Source of the DNA: Paraspadella gotoi
Lineage: Eukaryota; Animalia; Chaetognatha
DNA: 64,000 nt
Assembly (NCBI GenBank): GCA_051294375.1
Contig: CM119263.1
Coordinates: 12,067,130 to 12,131,129 of the forward strand
Direction: 5' to 3'
Shown here: positions 28,501 to 39,819 of the stretch, piece after piece
How positions within the stretch are numbered: position 1 is the stretch's first letter
Layout of the letters: each line of letters starts with the position of its first letter
Translations under genes and position numbers: made by a program
The notes under the pieces: model-generated
What the model was told of the DNA's origin: nothing
The model's input: the letters and a program-made list of their open reading frames with translations, nothing else
Databases searched by the model: none

Positions 28501-31500
28501 TTAAGATTTTTAATTTAAGTTAATTCAAAAATCAAAATACCACTGAGAGCTAAAAAATGTAAATCAAGGGTATTAAAAAAGTTTTTAAGCATTAGTCATA
28601 TTATTGATCAATGCCCGAAAACAAAACCTGTACCAAGTTATAAGGATTAAAAAATAAAATATTTTATGTTACCCATTTAATAAAATTCTTTAAATTTTAT
28701 ATTAACTATAAATTTTTTACATGAAAATAAATTCATAAAATCACATAACATTTTATAAAAAAACCCTCTCATTATTATTCTGAAAAGTTACTATGCATCT
28801 AAGCATTAAACAAATATAAAATCTATATCACATTAAAGAGCAGGCAAAATGCTACATTTTGCATACTATACCTTTTAAATTTAACTAGGTTTTAATTGGT
28901 TATGACTATGTAAAACATTAAAAGGTAAAATAATCAAAAGTCGATCTATAAATATGATGAGTTCATTGGGGCCAAGAAATTAATACTAAAAAAAATTATT
29001 AGAATTATATAAAAATTGATCGATTTTAAAATGCCAGACGGCGATCTATAAAATGAGCCATAACTTAAGTATCTAGGGTTGTTGAGCAAACAATGTCAGA
29101 TCTGCCTATGATAATTAAGTGGTAATAAGCTAATCAGAGTGATCCTAACAGATAATAACATATCGTAACATAACAAATCATAATAGACTTCTAAATAAAT
29201 CTATGAAAAAATCTATAAATCAATTGATCTATCAATCATTACCAGTAGCTGCGTCAATACCAACTTGCATGATTTGGTCAACTTGCATAATTTGGTAATT
29301 TTGCATAATTTGGTCAACTTGCATAATTTTATCAACTAGCATTATTTGGTCAGCTGACAGAATTTGGTCAACAGGTGTAATTTGGTCAACAGGCCTAATA
29401 TGGTCAACTGGTATAAAATGAACAACTTGCTTAACTTGATCAACTGGCATAATTTGCTCAACAGGCATAATTTGGTCAACATCCATCCTATCACGAGAAA
29501 TTGAAGTTTAATGCTAAGGGGGGACGGACAGACGGACGGACAGATGGACATCATTTTTTTTTTCATAATTTATTATAATTCGATGTTCTGATATGATAAA
29601 AATTATTTACCGACAAGATGTTGGGGTGGGACCGACGGAGAGAGTGAGAGTCGGAATCTGCTGATAAGCAGATCCGACTAAAAATCGGCGCAGATTTCTT
29701 GCGACGTCCACAGATTCGTGATGGAAAACTTTCGAGAGCAATGTCGCGTTTGTCTCGATATGCAGGAATGGCTTTTTGAGCATGTTCTTACCCGCTTTTA
29801 GCATTTTTTTTTTAGAGAGAAGAAAGTATTTATGAAATTGTTAACAACGATTTTTATGAGGAGACGGACATGTTTCGGCTTGTTGGATTCAAGCCTTCAT
29901 CAGCATTTGACATTCATTAAAAAGTTGTGTAAAAGAAGAGTGTGAGAGAGAGAGAGAAAGAGAGAGAGAGGATAAAAGTTTTCCAACAAAGTGGTGAAAC
30001 AGAATAGTGGTCAGATGTGAGGACAGGTTGAAAGTGAGGGAAGATTGTGAAAAGTAGTGAAACTTGTTAGAGAGAGAGAGAGAGAGAGAGAAACAGAAAC
30101 AACAGGGATAAATAAATAATAAAGATGCATTTTTGTAATGTACAACAAAGATAAAAGAGTTTGAAAAACTCTCTCTCTCACACTCTTCTTTTACACAAAA
30201 TTTTTAATGAATGTCAAATGCTGATGAAGGCTTAAATCCAACAAGCTGAAACATGTCCGTCTCTTAATAAAAATCGTTGTTATCATTTTCATAAATACTT
30301 TGCTTTCTCTAAAACTAAAAACAACGAAAAGAAAGGATTATCCCATCATTTTTTTTATATTTTACCAAACGTCCTTTACCTAAATCTGTATTATTTGTTA
30401 TTTTATATTAAATATTTGAATTAAGTATTCAAATTTTTTTTGTTGTCACTCGCGAAAGTTTTCAGTTTAAGTCATTGAAGTAATTACAATTATTAATAAC
30501 AAATATTAATAACTTCTTTAACCCCTTCATCAGCCCCTTCACACCATATTTTTTCCCTCTTTCTCTCATTTTTCATTTGTTATTTTTAAACCTTATTTAT
30601 AAACCAATTCTATAAATCACTTTTCGGTTGGTCAGTCGGTATATCTATCCGTCGGTTTGTTCCACTTACGTTAAAAACGCTTATAACTTGCCTATAGTTT
30701 GTTGCTCATTTGTTCTCATTTGTTAAAAATCAAATCTAAGCGACTACTTGCGTCGCCTTTTGTTTTTAAAGAAATCTTATAAACTATAAAGAATAAATGA
30801 CATGTTAAGTAAAAAAAAGAGTAATGCTTCGCAGTGTAATTGCCAAATTAACTCATGATTACAATTATATAAATCAATTGTTTTTACGACTATTACCGCC
30901 CTAGTTGAAATAACGTTAAAGTTCAGTAAAAATAAAGTCATACTATTAAAGTTTAAACTTAAATTTTATAATGAAATTGCAACTATTCCATACAGTTATC
31001 AAAACTATAAAATTTCTCTAGTCATTTCTCTTTTAATTTAAAGCTTGTTAAGTCAATCGTTTTTTCAAGGTTCTTTCAGGATTATGGATTACTTATTATT
31101 GGTTTGTCACATTTGTTTGGGATATTTTGTTTTATCATTTGTCTGTCCTACTCCTAATTCTTTTGGTCGTGGCCTTTAATTATACAACATTATTGAACGC
31201 TGGACTCGATAAAGTGTACGTATCTTATATTCGCTATCATTATAGTCATCAATGGTAGTAATACGAGGGCTTTAGACTTGCGAGAGAGTGCATCCAACGA
31301 CTGCAAAAACTACTGTAGTCGGGCAATGCATCATATAAGCATGATTCCTTAAGTCGTAACCCGGTGGCTCATTGAGTAATACCATCAGCAAATGACCATT
31401 ACGATTATCATAACCATCCCAGGGGGAGTGTGGATTCTTTAAACAAATTTGAGCAAACAATGTCGGATATGCCCACGATCATTATCGGTAATTAATTAAT

Positions 31501-34500
31501 TAATTAATAAATAATTAATAATTAATTCAAGTTATTTAGTAATTAATTTATTCAAGGTAATTATTTGTGTGAAGAAGGCTTGAATACCAAAGCCGAAACA
31601 TGTCTGTTTAATAAAAACAAATTCGTTGAAAACTAATAAAAACTTTGTTTTTCTCTAAAGGTAATTATTTAATTAATTAGCCAATTAATTTATTAATTTG
31701 AAATTATTAATATGGCTCTATACCCTAGTAATTAATTTTTAATATTATTTATAGATAGGAAAAGCCAAAAAAATTTTTAGAATTTTTAAATTTTTAAAAC
31801 CAGATTCAGATAGCTCATAAAAAGTTGTCTACACAAGTATAATTCTTTTTTAAATATTTTTATAATAAGTGTGTCAAAAAATAAGAAAAACCGTAAAAAT
31901 AATCAACATCATCATCTTTCAATAATTTTATCCAGTTTTTTTCATATTTTCACTTAAAAAACATAAGACTTTTTAAAAGCTGTATTATGTTTCTTGTTTA
32001 ACTTTTTATGCTCTATCAGAATCCATCAAAAAATTTTAAGATTTCCTAACAAAAAATTATTTGCTCTATATAGTAATATAATATTTTTAATTAGGCTAGT
32101 TCCCTCAGAAGAAAGCATTTTTGACAAAAAAATATTTGAATATCATAATCTATGGTCATGATAGATTATTTAACGTTGTATACATTAGCATTTAAATTTC
32201 ATCGGCAATGGCTACTTAAAGAAACGTATTAGATAGCTGAATTTCAAAGGGATAATGAAAAATGAAACAAAGTTAATTGAAAGTTAAAATGATTAGTCCA
32301 AGCCCCATTAAAATCGCTGATGAAGGTTCGAAAATAAGAACTGAAACATGTTCGAAATATTATTTTATCCTTAGAAATGGCAATTCAAACACAACGAAAG
32401 AAAGGAAATACCAAGGCTGGGCAGACTAATTTTTATGTTACAGCTTTCATAATTATATAACTCTCTTTACTTTTTTAAGGGCTTCCGAAAATATTAATAT
32501 TGATAATATTTGAGTGGGTAGAGGATTAAGCAAGAAATAAAGTTTTTTGAAATCATTTAAGTGAAAAGTTCAAAATAGAAAATGCAAAAATTAGTTTAAT
32601 AAATTTAATGTTAAATTTTTCTATAAACTGTAAAAGCATGTAACAACAAATGATCGTAGGCAGATCCGATATTATTTCTTCAAACTTCTTAAATAACAAG
32701 TTATTCCTACTCAATCTATCTCCATTTTAAGATGAAAATAGCTTCGTCTACTGTACTATATACCATTATTCATTACAGCTTGATTTACCAGCATAATAAA
32801 AACGCCAAATACTGCATCCTTAAAAGCAAATGAAAATATATAAAACAAATGGGAGCTGAGACATTCCAAAGAGAAGAGAAATAACGTACTTAAAGTAATA
32901 TCTTAATAATCAATTTTGAAAAAAATAACCATGGGCAATCTTGCCGATTTATTAATGAATCAAAAAATTGTTATTATGGTTGTACCGACCATCGAGTATC
33001 GACAATAGTTAATTTTATATCATATGTAACAAATCTATGAGAAATAATAATCCTTGAGGTTAAAAAAATTTAATACTTATAGTTAGTCCTCATAGTTGAC
33101 CACTGTCCTTTCTCAAATCTGTGTTGGAAACTTGCCTATTCCCTCTCTCTCTCTCTCTCTCAATCTTTTCTTCATGCACACAATTTTGTTCAAATTCACA
33201 AACTCTTTTTAACGCTGATGAAGGCTTGTAACTGAGCCGAAACATATCCGTTATTAATAAAAATAAATCGTTGTTGAAAACTAATTTCAAACTCTTCTAA
33301 TCATTACACAATGAAACGAAAGGATTACACCACAATACTTTTTAACATAATTTTTAAGTGGGAAATTAAAAATCGGTATTTTAAATATAGTTTGTTACGA
33401 ATTAACAAACTCAATATTTTGACGAATACCAAATTCTCTACTTTTCCCGATGCTCTTTAGTTCTTTCTTTGCTGACTCGAAGATTTTAATGGAACAGCAT
33501 TAAACTAATCCATTATTGTATTAATTATTGTGTTAAAATATTTTTTTGCAAAAATGTTCCGAAATGAGTAATTCGCTAATTAATATTATTATATCGCTAT
33601 ATAATGTCAAAAATTTTTTTGGATATGTTAAGTTTTTTTAATTTATTCTGATAGAGCTTAAAAAGTTAAGCAAAAAATATAATTACAACTTTTTAAAATT
33701 TTAATGTTTTATTATTAAAAATTAGTAAAAACTGTTAAAATCATTGGATGATGATGATGATGATGATTTTTTAAGGTTTTTTTTATTTTAACCCACTTAT
33801 CATCAAAATATTGAAAAAAGAATTATACTTTGTGTAGATAACTTTTCATAAGCTATTTGAATCTGCTTTTAAAAATAAAAAATTCAAAAAAAAATTTTGA
33901 CATTTCTTATCTATAAATAAATATTAAAAAATTAATTACTAATTGCTTCTTGCCATTTTATAAAATTTTGCTCCATTGAAAGTTTTCTCAGAAATGTTTG
34001 AAGTTTCATTTGGAAAGGTTCCCAAATCAAACTTCTGACCCACCCCATTGACGAAGCTTGGCTCTATCGAAGAAGCCTTTTTTCAAAGCAATTACTAGCG
34101 ACATCTTTTGTTTAAACTTAGTACGGATTCCGAGGCAGTGCATGGCGGATTCAACGATTTAAACTTCGTTTTGACTTTTGTCAACTTCGTTAATCTTTCA
34201 CTGCGTTTTTTTATCTCGTTCTGGCTCTGCAGCTATTGGACTATGGTTATCATCGATCAAACATTTGGTTATCATCGCATCAATGAATGATTATCAACAA
34301 TTAATGAATGACTATCATCATATCAGTAAATGACTATCATCGCGTCAATGAATGATTATCATCACATCCATAAATACTAAGCAACGCATCAATTAATAAT
34401 AATGAATAACTTTCATCGCAGTGAGGCAGTTTAAATGAGTGCCTATTTTCTTTGTTTCAATTTGATTCAAATATTTTTTGTTTGAATTTCCAATTCATTA

Positions 34501-37500
34501 TGATTTACTGCAATATGCAAATTAGATTATATTACTTTTCCATTGATTTTTCTTGATAGTAACGTCTGGCGAGATCACTATTCTTAAGATTTTTTGTACA
34601 ATATTGGCCCATTTTAGAGTAATGATTTTTTAAACTTTGTTCGGATTTATGTTTTTTTACACCACTAAGTCGATTTAAAAAACCGCGCTCACAAGCAAAT
34701 GGTATTTGATAATTTTTGATAGAAGGACTCTATAATTCACTTCTCTGGTCTGTCGGTCCGCCCCCTCAATCTTGTCGGGCATTATCTTATATCATGTCAG
34801 AACATCGAATTATGAAAAATTATGCAAAAAAAAACGAGTGTCTGTCCGTCCGTCCTGTCCCACCTTAGCAAAAAAACACCAATTACTTGTGATTGGAATG
34901 GATAGATTGGAATGAAATTTTGTGTATGGGTAGGAAGTGTGTGATTGAGCTGGATATGATGTTTCGATGGAATCGTCCAAGTGGAAATGCATTTAAATGG
35001 AAAAAACAAAAAAATTATATTTCACTATTTGAACATCAATTATCATGAGTGGATGGGGAGGATTGGCTTGAAATTTTGTTATTTGGGTAGAAAAGTGTGT
35101 GATTAGAACTGGAAATCAAGTTTTGATGGAATCGTTTGAGTGGAAATGATTTAAATAGAAAACAAGAAATCTGTTTCACTAATCGATTATGCAATCTTTT
35201 TCGTTTAAATATAATGCAATGTATTAATATAATAAAATAATTAATCAGTTAATTAATCAATTAGTCAATAATTAATCAATAATTAATTAATCAGTCAATT
35301 TAATCAAAACAAACATTTCAGATCNNNNNNNNNNNNNNNNNNNNNNNNNATAAGTAAATGCCCGACAAGATTGAGGGGGCGGACCGACAGACCGAGAAAG
35401 TGAATTATAGAGTCTTTATAAAAAATTATCAAATACCATTTTGCTTGTGAGGCGGTTTTTAATCGACTTAGTGGTGTAAAAAAAACATAAATCCGAACAA
35501 AAGTTTAAAAAATCATTACTCTAAAATGGCCAATATTGTACAAAAAATCTTAAGAATAGTGATCTCGCCAGACGTTACTATCAAAGAAAATCAATGGAAA
35601 AGTAATATAATCTAATTTGCATATTGCAGTAAATCATAATGAATTGGAAATTCAAACAAAAAATATTTGAATCAATATGAAACAAAGAAAATAGGCACTC
35701 ATTTAAACTGCCTCACTGCGATGAAAGTTATTCATTATTATTAATTGATGCGTTGCTTAGTATTTATGGATGTGATGATAATCATTCATTGACGCGATGA
35801 TAGTCATTTACTGATATGATGATAGTCATTCATTAATTGTTGATAATCATTCATTGATGCGATGATAACCAAATGTTTGATGCGATGATAACCATAGTCC
35901 AATAGCTGCAGAGCCAGAACGAGATAAAAAAACGCAGTGAAAGATTAACGAAGTTGACAAAAGTCAAAACGAAGTTTAAATCGTTGAATCCGCCATGCAC
36001 TGCCTCGGAATCCGTACTAAGTTTAAACAAAAGATGTCGCTAGTAATTGCTTTGAAAAAAGGCCTTCTTCGATAGAGCCAAGCTTCGTCAATGGGGTGGG
36101 TCAGAAGTTTGATTTGGGAACCTTTCAAATGAAACTTCAAACATTTCTGAGAAAACTTTCAATGGAGCAAAATTTTCATAAAATGGCAAGAAGCATTAGT
36201 AATTAATTTTTTAATATTTATTTATAGATAAGAAATGTCAAAATTTTTTTTTGAATTTTTTATTTTTAAAAGCAGATTCAAATAGCTTATGAAAAGTTAT
36301 CTACACAAAGTATAATTCTTTTTTCAATATTTTGATGATAAGTGGGTTAAAATTAAAAAAAACCTTAAAAAATCATCATCATCATCATCATCCAATGATT
36401 TTAACAGTTTTTACTAATTTTTAATAATAAAACATTAAAATTTTAAAAAGTTGTAATTATATTTTTTGCTTAACTTTTTAAGCTCTATCAGAATAAATTA
36501 AAAAAACTTAACATATCCAAAAAAATTTTTGACATTATATAGCGATATAATAATATTAATTAGCGAATTACTCATGGTTCGGAACATTTTTGCAAAAAAA
36601 TATTTTAACACAATATTAATACCAATAATGGATTAGTTTAATGCTGTTCCCATTAAAATTCTTCGAGTCAGCAAAGAAAGAACTAAAGAGCATCGGGAAA
36701 AGTAGAGAATTTGGTATTCGTCAAAATATTGAGTTTGTTAATTCGTAACAAACTATATTTAAAATACCGATTTTTAATTTCCCACTTAAAAATTATGTTA
36801 AAAAGTATTGTGGTGTAATCCTTTCGTTTCATTGTGTAATGATTAGAAGAGTTTGAAATTAGTTTTCAACAACGATTTATTTTTATTAATAACGGATATG
36901 TTTCGGCTCAGTTACAAGCCTTCATCAGCGTTAAAAAGAGTTTGTGAATTTGAAACAAAATTGTGTGCATGAAGAAAAGATTGAGAGAGAGAGAGAGAGA
37001 GGGAATAGGCAAAGTTTCCAACACAGATTTGAGAAAGGACAGTGGTCAACTATGAGGACTAACTATAAGTATTAAATTTTTTTTAACCTCAAGGATTATT
37101 AATTTCTCATAAGATTTGTTACATATGATATAAAATTAACTATTGTCGATACTCGATGGTCGGTACAACCATAATAACAATTTTTGATTCATTAATAAAT
37201 CGGCAAGATTGCCCATGGTTATTTTTTTCAAATTGATTATTAAGATATTACTTTACAGGTACGTTATTTCTCTTCTCTTTGGAATGTCTCAGCTCCCATT
37301 TGTTTATATATTTTCATTTGCTTTTAAGGATGCAGTATTTGGCGTTTTTATTATGCTGGTAAATCAAGCTGTAATGAATAATGGTATATAGTACAGTAGA
37401 CGAAGCTATTTTCATCTTAAAATGGAGATAGATTGAGTAGGAATAACTTGTTATTTAAGAAGTTTGAAGAAATAATATCGGATCTGCCTACGATCATTTG

Positions 37501-39786
37501 TTGTTACATGCTTTTACAGTTTATAGAAAAATTTAACATTAAATTTATTAAACTAATTTTTGCATTTTCTATTTTGAACTTTTCACTTAAATGATTTCAA
37601 AAAACTTTATTTCTTGCTTAATCCTCTACCCACTCAAAATATTATCAATATTAATATTTTCGGAAGCCCTTAAAAAAGTAAAGAGAGTTATATAATTATG
37701 AAAGCTGTAACATAAAAATTAGTCTGCCCAGCCTTGGTATTTCCTTTCTTTCGTTGTGTTTGAATTGCCATTTCTAAGGATAAAATAATATTTCGAACAT
37801 GTTTCAGTTCTTATTTTCGAACCTTCATCAGCGATTTTAATGGGGCTTGGACTAATCATTTTAACTTTCAATTAACTTTGTTTCATTTTTCATTATCCCT
37901 TTGAAATTCAGCTATCTAATACGTTTCTTTAAGTAGCCATTGCCGATGAAATTTAAATGCTAATGTATACAACGTTAAAATAATCTATCATGACCATAGA
38001 TTATGATATTCAAATATTTTTTTGTCAAAAATGCTTTCTTCTGAGGGAACTAGCCTAATTAAAAATATTATATTACTATATAGAGCAAATAATTTTTGTT
38101 AGGAAATCTTAAAATTTTTTGATGGATTCTGATAGAGCATAAAAAGTTAAACAAGAAACATAATTACAGCTTTTAAAAAGTCCTATGTTTTTTAAGTGAA
38201 AATATGAAAAAAACTGATAAAATTATTGAAAGATGATGATGTTGATTATTTTTTACGGTTTTTCTTATTTTTGACACACTTATTATAAAAATATTTAAAA
38301 AAGAATTATACTTTGTGTAGACAACTTTTTATGAGCTATCTGAATCTGGTTTTAAAATTTAAAAATTCTAAAAAATTTTTTTGGCTTTTCCTATCTATAA
38401 ATAAATATTAAAAAATTAATTACTAGGGTATAGAGCCATATTAAATAATTTTTTTGTCCATTGAAATTATTCTTAAAAATGTTGAAATATTCGTTTGAGC
38501 ATGTACTCACTTTAAATTTTTGACTCACCCCATTGAGTTGGGCTACCCCTACTTTAAGGCGGGAAAAGTAGTTTTCTTTGATAGGAAAACGTTTAAAAAA
38601 TGTCTTGAATCAAAGAAACGAAAAGAAATGAATTGAATAAAAAAAATGAAATGAACTTAATTGAATGAAATTAATTAAAAAGTAAACAATTATCTCGCCC
38701 AAGACGGACCTAAGCCCGTCCGGTGAGATAAAAAGTGGCTACTTTTTTTCGCCACAGTGTAGTGATCATATCATTTTCCTTTCTTAACTCCAGCTCATCA
38801 ATATATTGGGAATGTTTGTGCCTCCTATGATCATGATTCTTATTAATTTGATAACAGAAAATAAAGATTTTTTAGATGGTGTTGGACAATTTTTTGAATT
38901 GCTTCTTTCTCCTTATGCTCTTTCAATTGCGTTTAGTAATTTAAATGAAGTAAGTATATTAGGCAATTAAAAATTTATTTTATTTAAATTACCTTTTTAA
39001 TTTTTATTGGTTACAGCAGTTCCAACTCATTATTAAACAAGTTTGAACAAACAACGTCGGATCTGCCAACATTAGTTACGCTCATCAGCTAATGAAATGA
39101 TAACTCATTGTAAATATTAAAAATTTTTAGTCGAATCTGCTTATCAGCAGATGCCGACTCTATAATCCACTTTGTCGGTCCATCATTCGCCCCCCAAAAA
39201 ATATTGTCGGTAATATTGTCACTTATATCATCTCAGGACATCAAATTATGATAAATTAAGCAAAAAAACGATATTCGTCCTACCTCAGTGTGGTTGTCTG
39301 TCCGTACTCGTGGTTGGATGGATGGATTGAGATGAAATTTTGTATGTCGGTAGAAAAGTGTATGATAGAGTTTCGATGGAATCGGGCGAGTGGAAATGAG
39401 TTTAACATAATGAAAATAAGTCAAGTTATAATCCTTTAAAATGAAAGATATTATAAGTAAATAATATTAAAACAAGTTTGAGCAAACAATGTAGGATCTG
39501 CCTACGATAATTAAGTGGTAATAAGCTAACTTATCCAAAAAAGTTGAATCCTTCCCTCTTTCCATACATTTATTTGTTTGTCCATCCATCTGTAACTTTA
39601 ACCTATCATTACACTTGAGTAAATTGATGGATTGATCTGAAATTTTGTGTGTGGCCAGAAAAGAGGTGGATTGAGCTTAATCTTAAGTTTGGACAAAACC
39701 ATTCTGGTAGAAATTAATTTAAATTAAAAAAATATAAAATAATTTTAACTATTTATTTTTTCATTTTAAAAAGTAAAAATATATAA

Positions 39787-39819
<33 letters not shown>

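Larger units (their letters stand above)
27320..28506 (+). mobile_element. HINE family 3-related element hosting the solo LTR
   Basis: subTIRs ATCGTCGCAA..TTGCGACGAT, (GTC)n, 3' end TTAAGATTTT like family 3. Confidence 0.7.
29810..30312. mobile_element. Penelope-like pseudo-LTR remnant in inverted arrangement, with two minimal hammerhead ribozymes
   Basis: 29810-29960 is the inverted repeat of ~30170-30312; related copies at ~3800-4100, 7900-8170, 14480-14610, 22250-22480, 31570-31640, 33095-33330 and 36810-37050. Confidence 0.75.
31701..38451. repeat. ~3.1-kb inverted duplication flanking an assembly gap
   Basis: 31701-34790 is the reverse complement of 35350-38451 with scattered 1-bp indels. 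Confidence 0.92.

Noticed and set aside
29232-29486. DQIMQV-repeat protein
   Set aside because: In-frame reading of the 18-bp central array of a HINE.
32788-32890. Second, antisense ABCA gene
   Set aside because: Mirror of exon 37259-37358 in the inverted duplication, with an indel and a damaged acceptor.
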